A DNA stretch of 64,000 nt from Macrostomum lignano (GCA_002269645.1 NIVC01002094.1:62001-126000), one strand, 5' to 3'; counted from the stretch's first letter, positions 9,493 to 22,290 are shown. Notes: generated by a model from the sequence alone, not told the origin. Numbers and translations are program-made.

Positions 9493-11918
9493 TTAGTTGT
9501 AAATCCACAAGAGGTAAGCAGGCCATCCACTCACATCGTCTCGCATCAGCTGCATCGCCTTGTCCCGAGTCACTCGAAGATTGCAGATCGCGTCCCGGTG
9601 CCGGACAATCAGCTTGGCAAGCAGGCACCGATCTGGGCAGAACTCCATCGACACCACCAGCTGCTGCACATCCGGGTTGCGGCAGTGCAGAGTCTCCTCG
9701 AACCACAGCCTGGCAGTTTTGCCATCAGCCAAGCCCAGCTCGAGGCTGAGGCAGCGGATCAGAGCGGAGAAGTTGAGAAACCGCATCTGAACAAGCTGCA
9801 TCTTACTTGGGAAATGCCGCCTCGTTCGCTCCAGCAAGTCGGGAAGAAAATCCAGATTCGGTGGGCAGCTGTCGAACCAGAGGCAGAACTTCCAGGCTGA
9901 GTCGCTGCTCTCCAGATGTGTCAGCACAGACTGAGCTGTTGGGGGTTCCAGATCCTTCAAAATCGGGCCTCCGTTGGGTTTGCAGTTCATGACGTCACGA
10001 AGCAGTTGTTGGGCCAGATGCATCAGATTGAACTTCAGGTACACGAGCACTAACAAGCACTGTTGAGTTGTCTTCGCAAAGTCTGGAATTCGGTTGATAC
10101 TTTCTAAGCTCGCCTTCAAAGACTCGCTGCAGGCTTCTTGAGTCAGTTTCCGTAAGACTTCGGCCACCAGGTCGGGGAGGCTGTGGTACTGCAAACTTCC
10201 CAGTTGCTCCACTGGCCTCGGTCTGGACTCCGGAATCACCAAAAACGGATGAAAGTGAAACGGCTCGTCATCGCTGGTTGGTCGCAGGCTCGCTTTGAAC
10301 TGCAGCAACAGCTGTGGCAGCTGGACCATGAGATCCTGCAGGACGTTTGCTATTTTATCTTTGCCACAGTGGCTCTTCTTCAGGTACAGCCAGGCATCTT
10401 TCAGGAAGAAGTGCATCATGCACTGGTCGGGATCTGAAGGATTCAATTTCAAACTCTCCCGAAGCTTCACCAGCCCCTTCTTGGTGATTGACAGCAGGCA
10501 GTTCGGCTGCCACTCATCTTCTGGTGTCTCCTCCAGTAGGTAGAATATCAAAGTCTTGGCGTGGTAAGTCTTCAAACCGGGTGCCCTCTCAGAAAGAACT
10601 CTCTTCAGCAGGTACTTGAGCAGCACAAACACCTGGCCCTGTTCCGTTGTCAGGCTTCTCAGTAGAATTCGCTCCAGGAAGCTCGTGCTCACCCGGAGCA
10701 GGCCTGTCTTGCCAGGTGGTGCCGCTGTGACCAGGTGACATTGCGAATCAGTCAGCTCCCGTCTGAGGCAGCTCAGCACCGATGCCCTAATCTGGGATGT
10801 GTAGCCCTCCTGCAGCACCCGGATTGCGGGATAACTGCAGCACTTGCGGGCTCGAACGATGTCGACTGCAGGTCGAATAGAGGATGCCGCAAATTCACCA
10901 GCTGGGTTCGAATCTGCATTGGCATGTGTGATAGGAGTGCAGCTCGTAGTAGGTGAAACAGAAATAAAGTTAACAAATGGTCTAATCTAACAAATACTAA
11001 TCTAAAGGAATGCGTACAGATAGCTGTATAATATGCTCGGCGAGTGCCTGCGGCGCTAAAATGAGTGCCTGTGGCGCTAAAATGAGTGCCCGTGGAGCTA
11101 AAAATTTGTAGTACTCATACTTTTAGTACTACGCTCGTAGTAGGCAGGTACAGTGGATGGTGCATGTAATTTTTATGAAAGTTACCTTAACCAATACTAA
11201 TAAGCAGTAGTCTCACCAGTTGTATTCTCCCGTGAAAAATTTCTGGCTACGCCTCTGTCTACTTACAGTACAAGTAGAAGAATATTGCATCTATAAAATT
11301 AGTTTCAAGCAAATTTTACTTGATGCTCTACTTATAATAAATATGTAAGGAAAATATCATAACAGTAAAAACAGTTTTTAGCCACGACGCAACACTTACT
11401 CCTACGGATGCGTCATAATTTCTGAGTTCATTGCTTTTGAGAACTATTTAGAGAACCTGGAATATCAAAGATTTGGTTCTAACAAACGACAGCTGACCCT
11501 CAAGCAAAAAATTTAGCTCACCGAAGACTCACCGAAACCCGAGCATAGAACATGCCCGTTCTCGTATTGAGCAGTTTGCTCATGTGCATCCTTGCTACAG
11601 CTGCAGCCTTCCAAATGAATCTGCGGCTGTGTGTCCAGGATCACCGTTAGGTCAATATCCGCATCCGGGTCGGTGACTCCGTCCAGACCACTAAGGCTGT
11701 TGCCCCATCCTTCAGCGTAACTACCAACAATGTGCGAGCGTCTCTGTCCCGGCCAGCGCCCTCTGACGATCTCCTGCAGCGCGTCGGACAGAGCGGCCTG
11801 CGCCGCGGCCCTGCGTCTCTCGAATCCGGCCAGTCGCATGGCCGAGTGCAGCTCCAGGCTCAGCTGCTCGTCGCTCAGCGTCGATGATGACCTGCCAATT
11901 TGAGAATATTGCGGGACA
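9493..11918 (-). CDS. Mab-21 / cGAS-like nucleotidyltransferase (cGLR) exons 11918(or 11891)-11533 and 10913-9493
   Basis: IVGSYAEGW...DADIDL (hGS and DxD), VDIV third acidic residue, CCSYP, LRVSTSFLE, QGQVFVLLKYLLK, GLKTYHAKTL (SYHLKT-like). Phase-1 intron 11532-10914 (TTC G|GTGAGT ... ATGCAG|AT) gives a continuous frame. Confidence 0.9.
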
Positions 11919-12051
11919 CTACGGAGAAACATTGGAAGTTTTCATTTTTTTATTGATATCCATAAAGCTTTTTGCTCAGAAAATTAGGATTCCATGTTAA
12001 CTTTTGATTCTACGTACAATTGCACATGTCCTGTGTCTAAAATCCATAATG

Positions 12052-12332
<281 letters not shown>

Positions 12333-12663
12333 GACACGGCTCAGCTCATTGGTTTTATGAATGAACATTGGAAGATGAAAATTGGGTCTGCCTCCTATCA
12401 AAAGCAATAACAATTTTTGTGCTGAAAAAATGAATTAAAACCGTAGTGCATTTTTCGGCGAAAAGTGGCCTTCAAAACATTTGCCATAGATTTCGAGTGT
12501 AGCGTCCTTCTACTTGAGTAGTTCTTGATAAGGGCCAACCCCCAGGGCGCAGAGACTGTGCATGCGCTGGTTGTTGTGGGACCATGTCGCCAAAGGCGTT
12601 GGACCAGGATGTCCGCTGCCCTTCTTGTAATTTTTTTTGTAGAATCTAAAAATAAGCCAATAC

Positions 12664-14616
12664 CTGTTTGGATTGCTGACACTCTTGTCTGCTTTAAGGA
12701 GGTCCTGGATTCGATTCAAGATTTCTTCGAAGCACTTTGGTAAGTTGAAAAAGTCTGTAAAAATGGTAGGAAAATGGATATCATTGAGTTAGATTTTTGT
12801 TTTTAAAGAACTTGCCCCAAATTGCAATAGCTATTTGATGAATAATAAAAAACTTCTAAGCCTGGTTTTACATGGCCCTTTCATTTTGAGTGGCGCCAGC
12901 ACCAGGGGCGCCAGCACCAGGGGCGCCAGCACCAGGGGCGCCAGCACCAGGGGCGCCAGCACCAGGGGCGCCAGCACCAGGGGCGCCAGCACCAGGGGCG
13001 CCAGCACCAGGGGCGCCAGCACCAGGGGCGCCAGCACCAGGGGCGCCAGCACCAGGGGCGCCAGCACCAGGGGCGCCAGCACCAGGGGCGCCAGCAACAA
13101 TGTAATAACAACTTAATGAATGCATGAAAAGAACAAATCCAACAGGCTCAAACAGCAGTCACCTTGAGCGCTGCTCCGCTTCAGATTCCAGTCCTCTATC
13201 AGCTGCAGCAGCACTTCATCCTGACCGAATCCGGCAGCCAGTTGCGCAGGACTCAGCGCACCCTTGTCGCGTGTCTGTCGTCCGCCAGCTGCTGGCTGAT
13301 GACAGCAAGCTCGGAGCAGATAATCCACAGCCGATTTTCGACCGCAGGCAACTGCCAGATGCAGCGGGGAGAAGCCGCCATCGTTGTCCAAGACGTTCGG
13401 GTCGGCGGCGCCAGTGCAAAGAAGAGTTTCCACGCACCGGCCATTGTCGTTGCAAAGCGCAGCGAGATGCAGCGGAGTCTGACCGTCGTGGCAGCGCAGG
13501 TTCGAATCTGCGCCAGCTTGAAGCAACAACTCGAGTGACTTCCAGCGGCCCTGGCGAGCGGCTTTGTGAGCGGCGGAACGACCGTCGGTGAGCTGCTGGT
13601 TCACGTTGGCCCGCCCGCCGCTCAGCAGCCACCTCAGCACCTGGTGTTGTTGATGAGGGGCAAGTGTTTTTTATTTTGATCGCGCGATTGGGTTTTGATC
13701 AACCTGCAATCCAAGCGACTGGATTTTAAACAACCTGCAATCCAAGCGACTGCATTTTGAACAACCTGCAATCCAAGCGACTGCATTTTGAACAACCTGC
13801 AATCCAAGCGACTGCATTTTGAACAACCTGCAATCCAAGCGACTGGATTTTGAACAACCTGGGAATCCAAGCGACTGGATTTTGAACAACCTGGGAATCC
13901 AAGCGACTGGATTTTGAACAACCTGGGAATCCAAGCGACTGGATTTTGAACAACCTGGGATTCAAGCGACTGGATTTTGAACAACTGGGAATCCAAGCGA
14001 CTGGATTTTGATCAACCTGGGAATCCAAGCGACTGGATTTTGAACAACTGGGAATCCAAGCGACTGGATTTTGAACAACTGGGAATCCAAGCGACTGGAT
14101 TTTGATCACAACTGGGAATCCAAGCGACTGGATTTTGATCACAACTGGGAATCCAAGCGACTGGATTCTGAACTGGATTCTGAAATAATGGGAAGTCACG
14201 CACACTACGGAAGTAATTTTCAAGAAAAGATGTGCATCCACTTTATTAACCTCACTGTGACCTTTCTCGGCGGCAAGATGCACCGGCGAGTTTCCCTCCC
14301 CGGCAGTGCGCAGGTTCGGGTTCGCAGCGCCCAACTCCATCAGCAGGCAAGCGCACTGCGAGCGTCCAAACGAAGCGGCCTCGTGCAGAGGCGTCCAACC
14401 TTTCAAATCCTGCCTCTCAACTTGAGCGCCGGCTTTAATTAGATGCCAAACTATAGTCACGTGACCATACTTCGTCGCCCACTGGAGAGCTGTTTTGCCC
14501 GACTCATCAGCGCAATCGATGCCGCAGCGCTGATTACGAAGTATCTGACATGTGTCTTTCAAGTTGCCTCTTTTAACGGCTTCGATCAGAGACTGGTTTT
14601 CATTTGTTTTCATCAT
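12664..14616 (-). CDS. Ankyrin-repeat exons (14616-14251, 13640-13163, 12754-12664), ~8 repeats; probable N-terminus of the cGLR gene
   Basis: GKTALQWA, GWTPLHEAA, GNSPVHLAA, GQTPLHLAA, GFSPLHLAV. The splice GAG|GTTAAT...ACCAG|GTG restores the ANK consensus KGHSE|VLRWLL. Exon 2 to 3 is phase 1 (CAA G|GTGACT ... TTTTTACAG|AC). Confidence 0.85.
12891..13096. repeat. Near-perfect 15-bp minisatellite (GGCGCCAGCACCAGG)n, intronic
   Basis: Read directly. Confidence 0.97.
13690..14180. repeat. ~31-bp minisatellite (TTTTGAACAACCTGGGAATCCAAGCGACTGGA-like) filling ANK intron 1
   Basis: Tandem units read directly. Confidence 0.92.
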
Positions 14617-16559
14617 GAGACTGCAAAACAGTTTTTTTATGTTGCGATAAATGCTTTTTTATTTTATCAGAATAGTTATCAATGATATTTTAATGGTTCC
14701 TAATTTTAACACGATTTACAGAAAAGTTAATTCACATCATATCTATTTTTGAGCCAAAATAAGTCAAACTCATTATAATGAAATGAATCATTTTAATGTG
14801 TGTAACAAACACACTAAGATTGCAGCTAAAGAAATGTTACGTAAAGATTTTATAATATTTTTTTATTTTAATTAAATGGTTACTTAAAGATTTACAAGCT
14901 TGAAATAGTATCATATTCAGTTTGACTGTAGTTACGATACTCCTCTGTAATCGACAAATTAGGCCAAAGAAGACTACTTTGACTAGATTGCATTGAATAG
15001 AGAAATCTATCTAACCAAATCTGCAGATTGTGCGCAGATCCAGAGAATAAAATTGAAGGCGGGCAACTTATACTATGTATCATGGTGCTAAAATTTTCGA
15101 GACAAAGCAGGCATTATCAAATTTGTTTCGTCCCAGCTGGGAAAAGAGAAGCTGGGGCTGGCCACCTTACCCCTCACCGGCCTGGACCCGCCACTACCGC
15201 GGATATCAGTCTGTCAGTGACCAGTGTGGTAATAAGATCGCCGCGTACATATATATAGCTAAAATATATTATTACGGCTCACAAAGTACACGCATACGTT
15301 TTAAAATATCATTGCGCTATACAGTATCACATTTTTAGTGGTTTAAATATAATAAAGTTTGATGAAATTGAAATATTTAAATATATTTGGTCGGAAATTT
15401 TAGTTCCTTATTCCTTTAAAAGATCAAAACGATCGACCTTGAAAGCAAAAGCAGCAAGAACACATGCTCGAAGTTAGTGCAAAAAGCAGCCATTTTCCTA
15501 ATTGTTTTATTTACACCAAAACACTATCTTAAACAGATTTATTATTATCAAAAGCTTTTCGTAATATTTCTTTTCATTGAATTGAATTGAAGAAGAAGAA
15601 TCGTATTATGCAAGTGTGTTTAAAATTTGTAATCGGTCAATTTCGTGCCATTAAAGAAAAAACAAAGTATATAGTAGGAACAACTTTTCACTGCACTAAA
15701 TGTATTCTTTATCCAGAAATAGTGCGCAAACGTTTTTAAAATTAGTTTTGTGCCTTCTTGTTTCTGACGTTTCTTTACAATGTTGTTTACGTTCAGTATT
15801 GTGCACTTTAGTTTAAGTTTAGTAATGTTGTATGTTATTATTATGTTATTTGTGTGTTATTGTATGCACACACTTCCTCTTAGTTTCAAAGTGCACAATG
15901 TTATCTCGTGTGTCCACTTACTATTTAATTGTTTAATTGTCTGGAATAATTGGGGCTAATGACGATACTGTATTTATAGCCTGAATTGTGTCCCTCTAGC
16001 CTATGTGGCTAGGTCTAGGGCCATCTAACTCAAAGGCAGTACTACTTACTATAGACAAATATAGTAGAAAACTACAAACTACAGTCAAACTAAATATGAT
16101 ATGATTAGTATAATCAGTTTTAAAACTTTGATAGGGGCCTAGAACAGAACCAAGCATAAAAAGAGCCAAGTCCCAGAATTTGCCAAAGACTTTGTGATCT
16201 AGCTTATTAATATTAAGCTAAATGCTAGATCACTGCCTGTCCATGGGCCCATGGCCATTCTCTAGTCTAGGCCTAGCAGGGATAAAAGTAGGATAAATTA
16301 ATAATAATAAGTTATAAGTTAAAATATAATATTATCATTTGTTAGGCCCCCCTACTAGTTTAGCACTAGGCCTATGCTATGTCTGGTCTAGATATTATAG
16401 GTTGTAAAAGATAGAATTTTTTTATTTGAGTAGATCATTTAACATCATTGATATTTCAGATTCAAAAGTTATAGAAAATTAATAATAATTAGCAAATATA
16501 CTAGCTGATATAAAAATATGCTAGGGGCCTATAGATAATATATTTATAAGAAGAAACTA

Positions 16560-17349
16560 TGAGGGGTGTTGCAAAAGTTTCTAGACTAATGCTAATCCTG
16601 GTGACAATTCATGTTTGATTTGGCTGAAAATTAATGTCTATGGTATTTAGCCATAGAAAAAAACTTTTCCTAAAATTTTTTGCAGCTTAGTCAATCACAG
16701 TATACATCAGGGCCAAAATAAGTTGCAACCCTTTGAAGCTGTTGACATGATTTTTCACAAACCAAAAGTGAGCAAAAATGAGTCAACTGAAGAATCCATC
16801 AGAGTTCGAGTCTAAGGAAAGCCAGCACCACTTTATCATGGCATGCCAATGACAGGGCAAAATAGCGACATAGACCTTTGATGAGGTGTGTCTTGCTTTT
16901 GGTGTTCTATGGCCCAATGAATATGCCAATGCATGGCAAGATCATCACAACGTGCGAGGAGGTCATCAAAGCAGCCAACAAGTCTCTATGTCGGTTCGAT
17001 GCTAGCTTCTGGGAGTCTGGCTTTGACAAGCTGATTGAGCGCTACCAAAAATGCATCTCCGTAAATGGCGAATACATGGAGCAAGGCAGCAATCAATCTG
17101 TGGACGCATCTAGCAATAGAAGCAACAGTGACAGTGATTGGTAGCTGTAACTTGGAAATTGTATTTCATGACTATAAATAATCTAGTGTACAATCGCTTA
17201 TTTTATTAACCATCAACTCCAAACTTTCTGAAACTTTATAATATTATAAAATACAAGTTGCCTGTTTGTCTGTTTAAATTTTTTTCTGAATCAGACTAAA
17301 ATTATTACCATGAAGAGCATTAGTCCGGAAACTTTTGCAACACCTCTTG
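16560..17349 (+). mobile_element. Internally deleted mariner (Tc1/mariner) element
   Basis: ~34-bp imperfect TIRs (TGAGGGGTGTTGCAAAAGTTTCTAGACTAATGCT / AGCATTAGTCCGGAAACTTTTGCAACACCTCTTG) flanked by TA (16558-59, 17350-51). The internal remnant FWESGFDKLIERYQKCISVNGEYME matches the mariner transposase C-terminus. Confidence 0.9.
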
Positions 17350-18576
17350 TAGATATAGATATAGAAATATTTTGGTTATTGTAGAACTTTATAAAAAGAA
17401 AGTTATTTTATATTAGGTAAAATAAATTTCTTGACTTAATCTAATAATTTGTAAAGTTTTCTATGAAATGAAGTATTTGAAATAGATATGAAAATACTAA
17501 TACTGTAGCACTATGGCTAAAACTTGAATCTGGGTTGCTCTATATTAGTAAATACCAATAGCCTGATATAGGCCTACCTTTACACATAAAACTTTCTAAA
17601 AACTTAGAAATATTTGTAGGCCTAACTTTATAAACTATGACATAAGAATTGTTTGTTTTACAGATTAAAACCAATCAAGTAGGCCCTAGCATTTTCATTA
17701 AAACCAAGTCATATAGAGCCCTATAAATAGGGATTTTATAATATGTAATTATAAGTAAAAGTTTGTTCATTTATAAACGATCATGACATTGTATATTAAT
17801 TAGTCCCTTGTATGATTTAAAAATAGTTGGAATTTATATTTATCTTTTTAGCAAGTTTAAAAACTTTATTTTATTATATTATTAGGTATTAAAAAATTAT
17901 AGTAGGACTCAATTGTAATTTAGGTTAAATTTATGTAATGCAAATAGAAGTTATATACTTCAAATCAGTAAGTTAGAACTAATAATAATTCATGCTAAAT
18001 TTATAAATTTCTTTATACTTCTAGGTTTTCATATTATATAGCCACATTTATTGATAAGAATTTTGGCAATTGTCAAGTTAAAGGTTGGGGTTCTGTTTCT
18101 GCACCCATTTAAACTATTTTTGCCCTTTAGCAAGACATTTAACTTTGAATTGCTTAAGTTCACCTAGCTATAAAATAGATACTAGCATTAGCTGGGATAA
18201 TTGAGTTTGCACAATAGTAGTGGCTGAGCTATTGGTTGCATATCTTGCCTATTATGGTAGGCATAGTCAGTTATTATTATTAAAATTATTAATATTATTA
18301 TATTATGTTCTCATTGGTTTTGATTAAGCAATGATTTTGAAGGCCTTGATGCCTGATTTCATCATATTTTGTCTATAGTATAATTTATAGTAGATACCAT
18401 AATAGATACCATAGACATTTATAGTATTATACCAGTTTTAATATACATAGTAGATCATGCCAATGTCCACAGTGAATACCTATGGTCATATTGATCAAGA
18501 CCATAATGTGTGCAATATTTATCAATTATTATCCTTAATCATGCTAATAAAATTTATCAATTGTTTTAACAACTCA

Positions 18577-21500
18577 ATGCATGCTTGCATGACAACAAAT
18601 CAAGTTGCAAGCACCAATGGCGCTGCCTCATCACCAGCAGCAGCCGCGGCAGCTGCCAGCCTCCGCTGGAATCCAAACAATTTAAAGCTTGGCAGAGAAG
18701 TCGGCGAAGGCACATTTAGCACAGTGTACATGGCTCAGATAGTTGAGAATGGGTCTGTTGTGCACAATGAAGTAGCCGTGAAAGTCTGCGATCAGAGTCA
18801 GATCATGCGCAAGAAAGCTGTGGATGTCATCATGACAGAGAAGGAGGCCCTCACCAGAGTTGATCACAAGCTATTTGTTAGATTAATTTGCACTATGAAA
18901 GACAAGGAGCGCTTGTACTTTGTGCTCACCTATTGTCCTCGGGGCGAGCTGTTGTCATGGATACGGAAGCTGGGCAACTTCAGCATTGAATGCGCCAGGT
19001 TCTACTGTGGCGAGCTGCTGGAGGCCTGCGAGTACCTCAATAGCATCGGCATTGTGCACCGGGATGTCAAGCCCGAGAACTGCTACCTGATGCAGGACTT
19101 CCAATTGAAGCTGGGCGATTTTGGTAGCGCCTTCATCACTGGCTTTCCCAAGTGCCCGTCTTATACTGGTGAGTGCTGATCCTTCAGGTGACCTCACTGA
19201 TCCTTCAGGTGAACTGTCTGATCCTTCAGATGACCTCTGATCCTTCAGGTGACCTCTGATCCTTCAGATGACCTCTGATCCTTCAGGTGACCTCTGATCT
19301 TTCAGGTGAACTGTCTGATCCTTCAGGTGACCTCTGATCCTTCAGGTGACCTCTGATCCTTCAGGTAAACTGTCTGGTCCTTTAGGTGACCTCTCTGATC
19401 CTTCAGGTGGCTTCTGATCCTTCAGGTGAACTGTCTGATCCTTTAGGTGTCGCGTAAGATCCCCAAGTTAAAATCCCATAGCGTAAGATCTCCAAGTTAA
19501 AATCCCATAGCGTAAGATCCCCAAGTAAAAATCCCATAGCGTAAGATCCTCAAGTTAAAATCCCATAGCGTAAGATCCTCAAGTTAAAATCCCATAGCGT
19601 AAGATCCTCAAGTTAAAATCCCATAGCGCAAAAATCCCCAAGTTAAAATCCCACATCTAAAGATACGTAAATTCAAATCCCAATATTAATTTCTTTTCCC
19701 CAATTGCTGCCACCCCACCCCCAGGCACTCCGCACTACGCCGCCCCGGAGATGCTGCTGCAAACTGCCAAAGGCGATCACACTGTGCTGTACACAATGGA
19801 CCTGTGGGCAATTGGCTGCTGTCTGTTCCAATTCCTGTCCGGTCGGCCTCCGTTTCGCGGCCGAGACGACTACAGCGTGATGCAACAAGCCGTGGCCGTG
19901 TCCTACACATTTCCCGACCAGTTTGACCCGGTTGCTAAGGACCTGGTTACTAACCTGTTAGTTAAAGAGGCTGCCGATCGTTTAGGCTCGCCAAGTCGCG
20001 GCGGTTTCGACGCGGTGAAGTCGCACGAATTCTTTACCGGCCTGCCGTTCGGTCAGCTGGTCGATATGAAACCGCCGGAGCTGGCGCCTAATCTGCCGCC
20101 TGTGATGGAGCCAGACCAGGAGGTTGACTGGGCCAATGTGCCTCTGGGTTATAGTCAGGGAGTGCGGCAGCTGCTCAATGCCGAGCTGATGGCCACAGGG
20201 GAGCAGCAGAAGCGACTGTCGGCTGGTAGCGGCGGTGCGCCGATCGACGCTCAGAACAAGGCTAGCGAGACTGAGCGGCTGCGCCGGGAACAGGAGATGC
20301 AGAATCCGTTTCATCGGTTCTGCAGGCAGCAGGTGGGCTTTGGGATGTGGGATGGAGCATGGAGGTGGGGTGTGGGATAGATGTGGGTATTTGGGTGTGG
20401 GATGGATGTGGGTTTTTAGGTGTGGGATGGAGGTAGGTTTTGTGTGTGGGATAGATGTGGGTTTTGGGTGTGAGATAGATGTGGGTTTTTTGTGTGGGAT
20501 AGATGTGGGTTTTGTGTGTGGGATAGATGTGGGTTTTGGGTGCGGGATTGAGGTGGGTTTTGGGTGTGGGATAGATGTGGGTTTTGTGTGTGGGATAGAT
20601 GTGGGTTTTGGGTGCGGGATTGAGGTGGGTTTTGGATGTGAGATAGATGTGGGTTTTTTGTGTGGGATAGATGTGGGTTTTGTGTGTGGGATAGATGTGG
20701 GTTTTGGGTGCGGGATTGAGGTGGGTTTTGGGTGTGGGATAGATGTGGGTTTTGTGTGTGGGATAGATGTGGGTTTTGGGTGCGGGATTGAGGTGGGTTT
20801 TGGATGTGAGATAGATGTGGGTTTTTTGTGTGGGATAGATGTGGGTTTTGTGTGTGGGATAGATGTGGGTTTTGGGTGCGGGATTGAGGTGGGTTTTGGG
20901 TGTGGGATAGATGTGGGGTTGTATGTGTGGGATTGAGGTGGGTTTTGGTGTGGGATAGATGTGGGGTTGTATGTGTGGGATTGAGGTGGGTTTTGGGTGT
21001 GGGATAGATGTGGGGTTGTATGTGTGGGATTGAGGTGGGTTTTTTGGTGTGGGATAGATGTGGGGTTGTATGTGTGGGATTGAGGTGTGTTTTTTGGTGT
21101 GGGATAGATGTGGGGTTGTATGTGTGGGATTGAGGTGGGTTTTGGGTGTGGGATTCGGGTGGGCTTTGGGTGTGGGATTCGGGTGGGCTTTGGTGTGGGA
21201 TTCAGGTGGGCTTTGGGTGTGGGATTCAGGTGGGCTTTGGGTGTGGGATTCAGGTGGGCTTTGGGTGTGGGATTCGGGTGGGCTTTGGGTGTGGGATTCG
21301 GGTGGGCTTTGGGTGTGGGATAGATGTGGGATTGAGGTGGGCTTTGGGTGTGGGATAGATGTGGGGTTGTATGTGTGGGATTGAGGTGGGCTTTGGGTGT
21401 GGGATGGATGTGGGGTTGTATGTGTGGGATTGAGGTGGGCTTTGGGTGTGGGATAGATGTGGGGTTGTATGTGTGGGATTGAGGTGGGTTTTTTGGTGTG

Positions 21501-22290
21501 GGATAGATGTGGGGTTGTATGTGTGGGATTGAGGTGTGTTTTTGGTGTGGGATAGATGTGGGGTTGTATGTGTGGGATTGAGGTGGGTTTTGGGTGTGGG
21601 ATTCGGGTGGGCTTTGGGTGTGGGATTCGGGTGGGCTTTGGGTGTGGGATTCAGGTGGGCTTTGGGTGTGGGATTCAGGTGGGCTTTGGGTGTGGGATTC
21701 AGGTGGGCTTTGGGTGTGGGATTCGGGTGGGCTTTGGGTGTGGGATTCGGGTGGGCTTTGGGTGTGGGATAGATGTGGGATTGAGGTGGGCTTTGGGTGT
21801 GGGATAGATGTGGGGTTGTATGTGTGGGATTGAGGTGGGCTTTGGGTGTGGGATAGATGTGGGGTTGTATGTGTGGGATAGATGTGGGTATTTGGATGTG
21901 GGATGGAGGTGGGTTTTGGGTGTGGGATAGATGTGGGGTTTTGTGTGTGGGATAGATGATAGACGCCAACACGCCCCCCCACCCCTATCGCAGCTGATCA
22001 TCCGCCAGGGCTATCTGTACAAGCGGCGCGGCCTGTTCGCCCGCAAGCGCATGTTCCTGCTCACCTTCGGGCCGCACCTGTTCTATGTGGACGCCGAGAA
22101 AATGGAGCTGAAAGGCGAAGTGCCCTGGTCGGGGCCCCGGTTCATGCAGTTCGAACGGCGCACGGGCAAGCTGTTCTACATCCACGTGGTGAACAGGACC
22201 TACTGCCTGGAGGATCCTGCTGAACAGTCGGACGCCTGGATCGAGGAACTGCAGCGGGTTCAGCGAATGTACTTTAAGGACGATCCGTAA
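18577..22290 (+). CDS. PDPK1: 3-phosphoinositide-dependent protein kinase 1 (exons 18577-19168, 19725-20332, 21994-22290; ~498 aa; start codon uncertain)
   Basis: GEGTFSTV, ERLYFVLTY..GELL.WIRKLG.F, HRDVKPEN, DFG, SYTG|TPHYAAPE. C-terminal PH domain LIIRQGYLYKRRGLFARKRMFLLTFGPHLFYVD...LKGEVPWS...NRTY is diagnostic of PDK1. Splice phases 1 and 0 are consistent. Confidence 0.93.
19176..19660. repeat. Two adjacent intronic minisatellites: ~19-21 bp (CTGATCCTTCAGGTGACCT) and ~30 bp (ATCCCATAGCGTAAGATCCTCAAGTTAAA-like)
   Basis: Read directly inside PDK1 intron 1. Confidence 0.9.
20340..21955. repeat. GT-rich compound minisatellite (GTGGGATAGATGTGGGTTTTGG variants) filling PDK1 intron 2
   Basis: Read directly; higher-order block duplications are visible. 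Confidence 0.95.

Noticed and set aside
12646-12663. 18-nt GT..AG micro-intron after ANK exon 3
   Set aside because: Too short for the spliceosome; the donor pairs in phase with the Mab-21 acceptor instead.
18457-18576. N-terminal part of the 240-aa track ORF as PDK1 sequence
   Set aside because: AT-rich and unlike the exon's codon style; the start is more likely at 18577/18589 or in an unseen upstream exon.
19982-21982. Long ORFs over tandem arrays (here 666 aa; also 3173-4001, 7990-9135, 41773-42930, 46548-47121, 53094-54107, 56624-58468, 62014-63545)
   Set aside because: They are open in several frames and on both strands because the repeat units lack stops. Most lie in introns defined by motif-restoring splices.
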